This document shows positions 18,447 to 29,476 of a DNA stretch of 64,000 nucleotides, piece by piece (position 1 is the stretch's first letter; each line of letters opens with the position of its first letter). The DNA lies in assembly GCA_002715985.1 (NCBI GenBank), contig PBAO01000034.1, positions 703 through 64,702 on the forward strand, read 5' to 3'. The notes beneath the pieces are model-generated. The model was not told the DNA's origin. It saw nothing but the letters and a program-made list of their open reading frames with translations, and made no database searches. Both the position numbers and the translations under genes were made by a program. This DNA comes from Lysobacterales bacterium. Lineage in GTDB: Bacteria; Pseudomonadota; Gammaproteobacteria; Nevskiales; Salinisphaeraceae.

Positions 18447-19606
18447 TCCAAGCCCGCGACTTCATCGACGCCGCCGCGGCCTATGGCTATGCCCACTATG
18501 CCGGGGTGCCGTGCTCGTTTCTGACACCGTTCATCAATACCGTGATCGATGCCGATGAGCTGTCGTACATATCGGCGGCCAACGAGGGGGATGCGGTGGC
18601 CATCGCCGCCGGTCAGGCGCTGGCCGGCAAGCGGGCGGTGGCCATGATGCAGAACTCGGGCCTGGGCAACGCGGTCAGCCCCTTGACCTCGTTGAACTGG
18701 GTCTTTCGCCTGCCGGTCCTGCTCATCGTGACCTGGCGTGGCGCGCCGGAGGTCGCCGACGAGCCTCAGCATGAGCTGATGGGCCAGATCACCACCGATA
18801 TGCTGGAGACGATGGAGATCCCCTGGGAATTCTTTCCCCAGGAGGCCCAGGCCATCGATGCGGCACTGGCCCGCGCCGAGGATCATATGCAGGCCACGGG
18901 CCGGCCATATTGTCTGCTCATGAAGAAGGGCACGGTGGCGCCTGCCGCGCTGCGTGAGACCGGCTCGCCCAGCCAGAGCCGCGGCGCGATCACGTATCGC
19001 CCGGCGCCGCGCCGCCGTCCCGGTCTGGCCGGTCTGACACGAGACGACGCCCTGGGCCATCTCATGGCGCGCACCGAGGCGGCTGACACGGTCGTCATTG
19101 CCTCGACCGGCTATGCCGGGCGCGCACTCTATGGCCTGGCCGATCGTGCCAACCATCTTTATATGGTGGGCTCGATGGGCTGTGCGCCGTCGCTTGCGCT
19201 CGGCCTGGCGCTGGCCCGACCGGATCTGCGCGTGATCGCCATCGACGGCGACGGGGCCGCGCTCATGCGCCTGGGCGCCATGGCCACGCTGGCGGCCTAC
19301 GGGCCGACCAACCTGGCACATCTGCTGCTGGACAATGGCGTGCACGAATCCACCGGGGGGCAGGCCACGGTCTCCGACGGGCTCTCGTTCGGCGCGATCG
19401 CCGCCGCCTGTGGTTATCGCACCGTCCATGAAGGCCACGATCGGACGATCATCGATCAGATGCTGGCCGGCAGCTCGCAGGGCCCGGCGTTCGCGCATCT
19501 GCATATCGAGCCGGGCATCGCCGCCGAGGGGCTGCCGCGGCCGGCTGCCTCGCCGGTCGAGATCAAGAACCGGCTGATGGCGCATATTGGCGCGGTATCC
19601 ACATGA
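18443..19606 (+). CDS. aepY: Phosphonopyruvate decarboxylase
   Basis: [30 protein letters not shown] and ThDP motif DGDGA...[10 protein letters not shown]; overlaps pepM. Confidence 0.93.
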   Translation: MIQARDFIDAAAAYGYAHYAGVPCSFLTPFINTVIDADELSYISAANEGDAVAIAAGQALAGKRAVAMMQNSGLGNAVSPLTSLNWVFRLPVLLIVTWRGAPEVADEPQHELMGQITTDMLETMEIPWEFFPQEAQAIDAALARAEDHMQATGRPYCLLMKKGTVAPAALRETGSPSQSRGAITYRPAPRRRPGLAGLTRDDALGHLMARTEAADTVVIASTGYAGRALYGLADRANHLYMVGSMGCAPSLALGLALARPDLRVIAIDGDGAALMRLGAMATLAAYGPTNLAHLLLDNGVHESTGGQATVSDGLSFGAIAAACGYRTVHEGHDRTIIDQMLAGSSQGPAFAHLHIEPGIAAEGLPRPAASPVEIKNRLMAHIGAVST

Positions 19607-20676
19607 GCGGCCTGCGATTGCTCAACCCCGGGCCGGTGACGCTGACGCCGCGGGTACGGGCGGCGCTGGCCGGGCCCGACCTGTGTCATCGCGAGCCCGA
19701 GTTCTTCGATATGCAGGATCGGATTCGCCAGCGGCTGTTGGCGGTTTATGCCACCGACGCGGCCACCTGGGCGCCGGTACTGATCAGTGGCTCGGGCACG
19801 TCCGCGGTCGAGGCAATGATCGCCTCGTTACCGGGGCGCCACGACAAGTTGCTGGTGATCGAAAACGGCGTCTACGGCGAGCGCATGACGCGCATGGCCG
19901 CCGTTCACGATATCGAGCACGTGGCCTGGCATCTGGCCTGGGGCGAGGCGATCGATGCGCGGCAGCTGGCCGAGATGATTCGGCTGCACGCGCCCACGCA
20001 TGTGGCCGTGGTGCATCACGAAACGACCACCGGGCGCTTGAACGATATCGCTGCGATCGCGGCTGTCTGTGAAAGCCACGACATATCGCTGCTGGTCGAT
20101 GCAGTGTCCAGTTTCGGAGCCGAGTCGATCGCGTTCACGCAGGCCGTGGCCGCGGTGGCCGCCACGGCCAACAAATGTCTCCACGGCGCGCCGGGGGCAG
20201 CGTTCGTGATCGTGCGCCACGACGCGCTGGCGAGCGCCACCACCCGCGCGCTGTATCTGGATCTGGCCGGTTACGCGGTCAAACAGGCCGAGCGTGGTAC
20301 GCCGTTCACGCCGGGGATTCCGGCTTTCTACGCCCTGGACGCGGCACTGGCCGAACACGCCGAGGCCGGCGGCTGGTGCGCGCGCCGCAGCCACTATCGC
20401 GACCTGGCTGATCGGGTGGGCGATGGCCTGGCCGGCCGCGGCATGGCCGAAATCGTGCCCCGCGAGGCCGCCTCGTGCGTGCTGCGCAGCTATCGGCTGC
20501 CGCCAGGGGTGTCCTACGCACGCCTGCATGATCACTTGAAGCAGGCGGGTTTCGTGATCTATGCCGGGCAGGGCGCACTGGCCGAGGCTATCTTTCGTGT
20601 CTCGACCATGGGCGATCTGAGCGCTGCCGACATGGCCGAACTGCTTGCGGCGTTCGACGAGATCATAGCGCCGTGA
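19603..20676 (+). CDS. aepZ: 2-aminoethylphosphonate aminotransferase (class V PLP)
   Basis: LLNPGP, GSGT, NGVYGER, HHETTTG, DAVSSFG, ANKCLHG and GFVIYAG; overlaps ppd. Confidence 0.9.
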   Translation: MSGLRLLNPGPVTLTPRVRAALAGPDLCHREPEFFDMQDRIRQRLLAVYATDAATWAPVLISGSGTSAVEAMIASLPGRHDKLLVIENGVYGERMTRMAAVHDIEHVAWHLAWGEAIDARQLAEMIRLHAPTHVAVVHHETTTGRLNDIAAIAAVCESHDISLLVDAVSSFGAESIAFTQAVAAVAATANKCLHGAPGAAFVIVRHDALASATTRALYLDLAGYAVKQAERGTPFTPGIPAFYALDAALAEHAEAGGWCARRSHYRDLADRVGDGLAGRGMAEIVPREAASCVLRSYRLPPGVSYARLHDHLKQAGFVIYAGQGALAEAIFRVSTMGDLSAADMAELLAAFDEIIAP

Positions 20677-20689
20677 TATGCAACAATAC

Positions 20690-20720
20690 GGTTTAATTGT
20701 CCGTCTGCATGTATAATGCA
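20690..20720 (+). promoter_or_regulatory. Possible internal sigma70 promoter for hpnH
   Basis: Perfect TATAAT at 20712-20717 in an AT-rich intergenic patch; no good -35 element. Confidence 0.35.
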
Positions 20721-20800
20721 GCCGCAGCACGACGGCTGATCGATATGTGCCGCAAGCCTGGCGTCGTCTTCAATGCGCCGGGTGCAAACAAGAGGTTCAA

Positions 20801-21949
20801 ATGTCCGTACCGCTGATTCAACAGTACCGCGTGGACAGCTATCTGATGAAACAGAAGCTGGCGCGCGTCGAACGCTATCCGCTGGTGCTGATGCTGGAGC
20901 CATTGTTCCAGTGCAATCTGGCCTGTGCCGGCTGCGGCAAGATCGATCATCCCAAGGATATCCTGAAGCAGCGCATGAGCGTTGAGGATGCCCTGAACGC
21001 GGTGGACGAATGCGACGCGCCGATGGTGTCCATCCCCGGCGGCGAGCCGCTGATCCACAAGGGCATGCCCGAGATCATCAAGGGCATCGTGGCGCGCAAG
21101 AAGTTCGTCTATCTGTGCACCAACGCCCTGCTCATGAAGAAGAAGATGGACGACTACGAGCCGTCGCCCTACTTCACCTGGTCGGTGCATCTGGACGGCC
21201 TGAAAGAGCGCCACGATGAATCCGTGTGCCAGGAAGGCGTGTTCGAGAAAGCCGTCGAGGCCATCGGGATGGCCCGTGACCGTGGCTTTCGCGTGACCAT
21301 CAACTGCACGTTGTTCGACGGCGAAGTGCCGGAAGAGGTCGCCGACTTCTTCGACTACGTCACCGATCTGGGCGTGGAAGGGATCATGGTCTCGCCGGGC
21401 TACTCCTACGAGCATGCCCCGCGTCAGGATGTGTTCCTGGGCCGTTCGAAGGCCAAGAATCTGTTCCGCGACATCTTCGCCAAGGGCCGCGAGCGCGGCT
21501 CGGACTGGAAGCTCAACCACAGCTCGCTGTTCCTGAACTTCCTGGCCGGCAACGAAAGCTATCAGTGCACACCCTGGTCGAACGTAACCTACAACGTCTT
21601 CGGCTGGCAGAAGCCCTGTTATCTGCTCGTCGACGAAGGCTACGAGAAGACCTACAAGGGCCTGATGGAAAACACGCAGTGGGAAAACTACGGCGTGGGC
21701 CGCAACCCGAAATGCGATAACTGCATGGCGCACTGTGGCTACGAGGGCACGGCCGTCGAGGACACCTTCAAGCATCCGCTGAAAGCGCTCAAGGTCATGA
21801 TGAAAGGCCCGGATCTGACCGGCGATTTCGCCGAAGAGCTGCCGATTCTCTATGGCGACCGCGCCCAGGCCACGGCCACACGGATCCCGATCTCCTCGAT
21901 CGGGCGTCGTAGTGCCAGTGATGCGGGCAAGGAAAAAGAAATCAGCTAG
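20801..21949 (+). CDS. hpnH: Adenosylhopane synthase, radical SAM
   Basis: YPLVLMLEPLFQCNLACAGCGKI, IPGGEPL, CTPWSN, WQKPCYL and CDNCMAHCGYE. Confidence 0.95.
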   Translation: MSVPLIQQYRVDSYLMKQKLARVERYPLVLMLEPLFQCNLACAGCGKIDHPKDILKQRMSVEDALNAVDECDAPMVSIPGGEPLIHKGMPEIIKGIVARKKFVYLCTNALLMKKKMDDYEPSPYFTWSVHLDGLKERHDESVCQEGVFEKAVEAIGMARDRGFRVTINCTLFDGEVPEEVADFFDYVTDLGVEGIMVSPGYSYEHAPRQDVFLGRSKAKNLFRDIFAKGRERGSDWKLNHSSLFLNFLAGNESYQCTPWSNVTYNVFGWQKPCYLLVDEGYEKTYKGLMENTQWENYGVGRNPKCDNCMAHCGYEGTAVEDTFKHPLKALKVMMKGPDLTGDFAEELPILYGDRAQATATRIPISSIGRRSASDAGKEKEIS

Positions 21950-21976
21950 GGATCACACAATCGCTGCCTGAAACAG

Positions 21977-22004
21977 AGGCCGTCGGGGGACCGGCGGCCT
22001 TTTT
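21977..22004 (+). terminator. Rho-independent terminator after hpnH
   Basis: AGGCCGTCGG-GGGA-CCGGCGGCCT followed by TTTT. Confidence 0.65.
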
Positions 22005-22033
22005 CATGGGCAGCGCGCAACTCGAAAAACACG

Positions 22034-23167
22034 ATGTTCGACTCGATCCTCTTCTGGCTGGCCTTGGCGTCGCTGGTCATCTGGCTGGGCGTTGTTCTAC
22101 AGCCGTGGCTGCCCTGGCTCATGCGCGAGCGATTCGCTGCCGAGCCGCGCGACGCCGAGCAGGCCGATCTATCGGATACCACGGTGATCGTGCCCGCGCG
22201 CAACGAGGCCGAGTCCATAGACCAGACGCTGGCGGCCCTGCAGGCGCAGGGTCAGGGGCTGTCGGTGATACTCGTGGACGACAATTCCACCGACGGCACG
22301 GCCGAGATCGCCCGTGCCAGCGGGCTGGAGCGTCTGCAGGTGCTGACCGGTGCGCCGTTGGCCGACGGCTGGACCGGCAAGCTCTGGGCGCTGGAACAGG
22401 CCCGTCTGCACGTCTGTACCGAGCACCTGGTCTTGCTGGACGCCGATATCAAGATCGCGCCCGGCACGATCGCCGGCCTGAAGCACAAGGCGATTGCCGA
22501 GGATCGCGCGCTGGTCTCGCTCATGGCGCATCTACGCATGGCCAGCCTGGCGGAAAAACTGCTTATCCCGGCGTTCATCTATTTCTTCAAACTGTTGTAT
22601 CCGTTTGCCCTGTCCAACGCCGGTTCGCGCTGGATCGCGGCCTCGGCCGGCGGCTGCGTGCTCATCGAGCGCGACACGTTGGCGCGTATCGGCGGTTTTG
22701 GCGCGCTCCACGATGCGATCATCGATGACTGCACGCTGGCACGCTGCGTACGCGACGTCGGCGGGCGAACCTGGGTCGGGGTGACCCGCTCGGCGATCAG
22801 TCTGCGTGGCTACGATGATATGTCGGGCATTCATGCCATGGTCGCGCGCTCGGCTTACAGCCAGCTGCGCTATTCACGGTGGCTGCTGGGTGTCTGCACG
22901 GCAGCCATGATCGTGATGTTCTGGGTGCCGCCGATCGCGCTCGTGATCGGCGGGCCGGCGACCGATGCACTGGGCGCACTGGCCTGGATCCTCATGGCGA
23001 TCAGTTATCTGCCCACACTGTTGTTCTATCGCCAGGCCGGGGCCTGGGCACTGGCCATGCCGGTCATCGGCACGCTCTATCTGGCCATGACCTGGTCATC
23101 GGCACTTCGCTACTGGCGCGGCCTGCGCAGCGCGTGGCGAGGACGGGATTATCAGCGCGGGCGCTGA
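22034..23167 (+). CDS. hpnB: Hopene-associated glycosyltransferase (GT2)
   Basis: VPARNEA, VDDNSTDGT, GWTGKLWAL, DAD, LIPAFIYFF.LLYPF, IIDDCTLA and MVARSAYSQL. Confidence 0.9.
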   Translation: MFDSILFWLALASLVIWLGVVLQPWLPWLMRERFAAEPRDAEQADLSDTTVIVPARNEAESIDQTLAALQAQGQGLSVILVDDNSTDGTAEIARASGLERLQVLTGAPLADGWTGKLWALEQARLHVCTEHLVLLDADIKIAPGTIAGLKHKAIAEDRALVSLMAHLRMASLAEKLLIPAFIYFFKLLYPFALSNAGSRWIAASAGGCVLIERDTLARIGGFGALHDAIIDDCTLARCVRDVGGRTWVGVTRSAISLRGYDDMSGIHAMVARSAYSQLRYSRWLLGVCTAAMIVMFWVPPIALVIGGPATDALGALAWILMAISYLPTLLFYRQAGAWALAMPVIGTLYLAMTWSSALRYWRGLRSAWRGRDYQRGR

Positions 23168-23302
23168 AGGGTGGGATGTTCAGCAGACAGACACGTTGTA
23201 CGCGATGTAATTCGCTTGTCGATGCCGGCCCCAACCCCATATAGCCCTGCGTGCATGCGCCAAGGCCTCATGGGGCGCCGGGAACCAAGCCAAGGAAATG
23301 TT

Positions 23303-24052
23303 ATGAAGTCAGCGACACGTCTGCTCAAGGGCCTGATCGGTGCCGCCGTATTGTGTGCCAGCATCAGCGTATGGACGGTGGCCGCCGCGGCTCCGGCCCG
23401 GGACGTGGTTCAGAACCTGGATGACGCCCTGATCGCCACGATGAAACAGGCTGACACCCTGGGTTTCGAAGGGCGCTACAAGAAACTGGCCCCGGTGATT
23501 GACGACGCCTTCGACCTGAACCGTATCGCCCGTCTGGCGCTGGGCAGCTCCTGGGAAAAACTCAGCGCCGAGCAGCGCATCCAGTATCAGGCCATGTTCC
23601 GCAAGGACACGGTCGCGACCTATGCCTCGCGTTTCAACGGCTATTCCGGCCAGTCGTTCGAGATCAAGAGCAGCGGCGATGCGCCCGGCGGGCGTGCCCA
23701 GGTCAATACCGTCATCCATTCCGATGGCAAGACCATTCCGATCAACTACGTACTGGACCAGAGCAGCGGCGATTGGAAGATCGTGAACGTCGTGGCCAAG
23801 GGCGTGAGCGATCTGGCCCTCAAACGCGGCCAGTACACCAGCTCGATCCGTGAAAACGGCCCCGACGGGTTTCTGAACCAGTATCAGAAACAGCTGGCCA
23901 AGTATCCGTCGATCCCCGACGTGCCGGTGGCCGAAAGCTCCGAGACCAGCACCCGTCCTTCGGCCGCGCTCGAGGCCAGCGCCGGTGGCGCTGCCAGCGC
24001 GCCGGCCAGCGATAGCGTCCTCGACAAGACCGACGACGTGGATCCGAGCTGA
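23303..24052 (+). CDS. hpnM: HpnM / MlaC(Ttg2D)-like periplasmic lipid-binding protein
   Basis: Signal peptide; RYKKLAPVIDDAFDL, YASRF and WKIVNVVAKGVSDLALKR; low-complexity C-terminal tail. Confidence 0.85.
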   Translation: MKSATRLLKGLIGAAVLCASISVWTVAAAAPARDVVQNLDDALIATMKQADTLGFEGRYKKLAPVIDDAFDLNRIARLALGSSWEKLSAEQRIQYQAMFRKDTVATYASRFNGYSGQSFEIKSSGDAPGGRAQVNTVIHSDGKTIPINYVLDQSSGDWKIVNVVAKGVSDLALKRGQYTSSIRENGPDGFLNQYQKQLAKYPSIPDVPVAESSETSTRPSAALEASAGGAASAPASDSVLDKTDDVDPS

Positions 24053-24312
24053 TCGGCTCGTCGGCCAGTGGAGACGGCTGTACACGACGGGTCATTCGTC
24101 GATAGCCGCAGGTTGAAAGACACCAGACGGCCACGCTGAAGCGCCCCCGATACACGCAAGCGCGTGCTACGACAAGCCAGGCTGTCTTTCAGCGCCCGGC
24201 AAACGCCCCGCGTGGCCGATCAGTGCGTTTCGGGCCGCCGACCGAACTGAACGCAGCCCGGACGCGCCTGCCGGGCGTCGATGACTCGTTTGCGTTGCCC
24301 GTGAACCCACGG

Positions 24313-24335
24313 AAAAGCCGGCACAAGGCCGGCTT
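24313..24335 (-). terminator. Probable terminator of the mevalonate operon
   Basis: AAAAGCCGGC-ACAAG-GCCGGCTT hairpin just downstream of idi. Confidence 0.5.
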
Positions 24336-24354
24336 ATTGCGTTCGGGCCCATGG

Positions 24355-24953
24355 TCAGACCGCGCGGGGCGGGGCGGTGACTTCGTCCCAATGGGCGTCG
24401 CGGATACGGGGCCATTCCATTTTCAACCACGGCGTATAGCGCTCCGGGTCGGTGGCCAGGGCATGGTCCAGCGTTTCGGGTGCCATGAACGCGAAATCGG
24501 CGATCTCGGTCGGATTGCCGGTGACGGCCATGTTGGATCGTGCAAAGAACACGGCACACATCTCGTGCTCGGCGCCGACCGCGCCGAACTGGGCGTGATA
24601 CTCGAACGTATAGAGATAGTGCACGTCAGCGACAACGCCGATTTCCTCTTCCAGGCGTCGGCGCGCCGCATCGGCCACGGTTTCGCCGCGGCGCGGATGG
24701 CTGCACACGCTGTTGGACCAGAACCCGCCCCAGAGCTGCTTTCCGGCCGCGCGCTGCTGCATGAGCACATCGCCATCGTCGTTGAACAAGAAGATGGAAA
24801 ACGCGCGATGCAATACGCCTTCACCCTCATGGGCCCGGGCTTTTTCCATATGGCCGATGACGTTGTCGTCAGAATCGACCAGGATGAGCGGCTCGTCGTC
24901 GAAGGACACGATGCGGGCCTGGCCGGTGGCGCTTGATTCGTTCATGGCATGAC

Positions 24954-24957
<4 letters not shown>
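24355..24957 (-). CDS. idi: Isopentenyl-diphosphate delta-isomerase, type 1
   Basis: LHRAFSIFLF, WSNSVCSHP, RRLEEEIG, EHEMC and YTPW. Confidence 0.95.
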
Positions 24958-27239
<2,282 letters not shown>

Positions 27240-27330
27240 GCCGATGAAGTCCTCTGCGAAAAAACGATCGAGGCCGGAAACAGCGATCGGTGTCGAATAC
27301 AGTAGTTTAACGCCGTATGCCGCGCGGGGC

Positions 27331-28353
27331 TCATTGCGGCTCGTGGATCAGACCGGGCGCAGCAAAGCCCAGATCCAGTACGTCGGCGCCGGCGGCCTGA
27401 AACATCTCGAACAGATCAGCGCGCAGCGTGGATCGGTCGGCGAACAAGAGCCCGACATCGCCGCCGCCAGCGCCCGAGCTCTTGAACCGGCCACCGTGCG
27501 CCGCGGCCAGCCCGGCCAGAGTATCGTGGCGCGGGCTGACGATGCCGGCGCCGGCGTGCGCGTCGAGTGTTTTCAGCGCGCTGAAATATCGCGCTGCCAG
27601 GTCGAGAAAGGCGGGCGTGTCATCAAGTGCGCCCGCCGCCTCGTCGGCCAGCGCGGCCAGGCGCTGGATATCGCGCGTGAAGCCGGGCGCGTCGCGCTCG
27701 CCGTACGCATAGACGCAGCTCACGAGATCCGGCGTGCTGGCGCCCTGCCCGGTCACCACGGCACGGCCGATCAATCGCTCCGGCCAGGCCAGAGCCGTGG
27801 GCGGCGTATCGCGCACATAGCTGATCACGCCGCCATAGACCGAGACCGCGACATCGCCGCCGCTGCCGGTGCCGTCCTGGGCCGCGCGATGGGCCGCAAT
27901 CGCCCAGGCGGCCAGCTCGGCCCGTGCCAATGTCATTCCGGCTGCCGTGGCCAGGGCGGCCGTGAGCGCGGCCGCCACGGCTGCACTCGAGCCCAGGCCC
28001 AGCTTGTGGCCGTCGGCAGCAAAATCACGGGTATCGATATGAAGACAGAGCGGGGGCAGGGCGGCCGTGGCGCGGGCCTGTACCTCGGCCCGCACGGCAT
28101 CGAAGACCTTCAGATGCGCGACCACGGCAGGAGCCAGTTCGGCGGGCAGTCGGCCGTCGGCGCCGAGTACCAGATCATGAAGCCCGAGATTGGGCGCGCT
28201 GATCCGCCAGGCAGGCCCGTCGATGACGGTGGCGTGGACATGCGCGCGCCGATCCACGGCCGTCAGCAACGCCGGGGCGCCTTCCAGCACGGCGTATTCG
28301 CCGAGCAGAAAGAGCTTGCCCGGCGCGCTGACATGGATCGTGTGCGCGCTCAT
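27331..28353 (-). CDS. Phosphomevalonate kinase (GHMP family)
   Basis: APGKLFLLGEYAVL, KLGLGSSAA, GSGGDVA and KSSGAGGGD; lies in the mevalonate operon. Confidence 0.85.
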   Translation of the reverse strand: MSAHTIHVSAPGKLFLLGEYAVLEGAPALLTAVDRRAHVHATVIDGPAWRISAPNLGLHDLVLGADGRLPAELAPAVVAHLKVFDAVRAEVQARATAALPPLCLHIDTRDFAADGHKLGLGSSAAVAAALTAALATAAGMTLARAELAAWAIAAHRAAQDGTGSGGDVAVSVYGGVISYVRDTPPTALAWPERLIGRAVVTGQGASTPDLVSCVYAYGERDAPGFTRDIQRLAALADEAAGALDDTPAFLDLAARYFSALKTLDAHAGAGIVSPRHDTLAGLAAAHGGRFKSSGAGGGDVGLLFADRSTLRADLFEMFQAAGADVLDLGFAAPGLIHEPQ

Positions 28354-29318
28354 CGACAGTGGGCGTCGGGGCCCAGGCCCGTCCGGCGGGTTTCGATGAC
28401 GCCCGGCACGCGGGCCAGCTCGGCAGCCACGGCGGCTCCCTGGCCAGGCGCACAGAGCGCCTTGACCTGAGGACCGGCATCGATCGTGAAGTAGGCTTCC
28501 ATGCCGTTGTTGCGCATCTCGCGCACGGCGTGCATGGCCGAGACAGTGGCCGCGTTCCAGTAGATCAGCCCCGGGCGGGTCGATAGCATCAGCGCATGCA
28601 GCTTCAGGCAGCTCATCTCGGACAGGGCGCCCACGGTGGTGAAATCGCGGGCCGCGATCGCTGCGCGCATATCGGCCAGATCATCCTCGGCGCGATTCAC
28701 CCAGGCCTCGTAGTAATCCGAGCGGGTCTCCAGCTGGCTCATGCCGGCCGTGGAGTTGATCTTCTTGGTGCCGGTATCGGTGATGGCAACGACCACTTCA
28801 AGCGGCCACGCATCGGCGGTCAGCATCGGCTCAGCGAAGGCGTCCTGGCCGTCGGGGCTCGTGCCGCGATGCATTTCGACCAGGCCGCCGAAGATCGAGC
28901 GCGCGGCCGACCCCGAGCCGCGGCGGGCCAGGATCGATAACTCACGGGCCGATAGATCAAGCCCGGCCGCGCGTGTCGTGGCCAGGGCGAGTGCGGCAAA
29001 GCCCGAGGCCGAGGAGGCCAGGCCGGCGCCGGTCGGGAAGTTGTTGTGCGAGGCGATATCCACGCGTGTGCTGATGCCGGTGGCCTCGCGCACGATATCC
29101 ACGAACTCGGAAAAGCGCGCGGTATCGACCTCTGCCTCGCCGATACGGGCCCGGTCAGCCGACAGGCTCTCGTCGAAGACGACCGTGGTGTCGGTATAGA
29201 GATCGTCCAGCGTGACCGAGATCGAGCCGACCGCCGGCAGGTTCAACGATGTCTGTCGTTTGCCCCAGTATTTGATCAGCGCGATGTTGCTGTGCGCGCG
29301 GGCGCTGGCTTGGCTCAT
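28350..29318 (-). CDS. mvaD: Diphosphomevalonate decarboxylase
   Basis: NIALIKYWGK, NNFPTGAGLASSASG, GSGSAARS and FTIDAGPQV. Confidence 0.95.
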   Translation of the reverse strand: MSQASARAHSNIALIKYWGKRQTSLNLPAVGSISVTLDDLYTDTTVVFDESLSADRARIGEAEVDTARFSEFVDIVREATGISTRVDIASHNNFPTGAGLASSASGFAALALATTRAAGLDLSARELSILARRGSGSAARSIFGGLVEMHRGTSPDGQDAFAEPMLTADAWPLEVVVAITDTGTKKINSTAGMSQLETRSDYYEAWVNRAEDDLADMRAAIAARDFTTVGALSEMSCLKLHALMLSTRPGLIYWNAATVSAMHAVREMRNNGMEAYFTIDAGPQVKALCAPGQGAAVAAELARVPGVIETRRTGLGPDAHCR

Positions 29319-29476
29319 GTCGGCGGGCTTGGCAGGGCAGTTTCGCGCGAAAGGATACGGCATCTGGCGGCGTGTTGCCGAATGCACCGCAAGCGTGCAG
29401 GGACGCGCTTTGCTAGCATGGCCAACTTAAAACCCATCGCCGCGCCCAGCGCGACGTCAAACCGACGAGGCATGCC

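Noticed and set aside
19603-20676. Transaminase as catabolic phnW or as hopanoid aminotransferase HpnO
   Set aside because: It is coupled to pepM-ppd with no phnX nearby, so it is biosynthetic; it is class V, whereas HpnO is class III.
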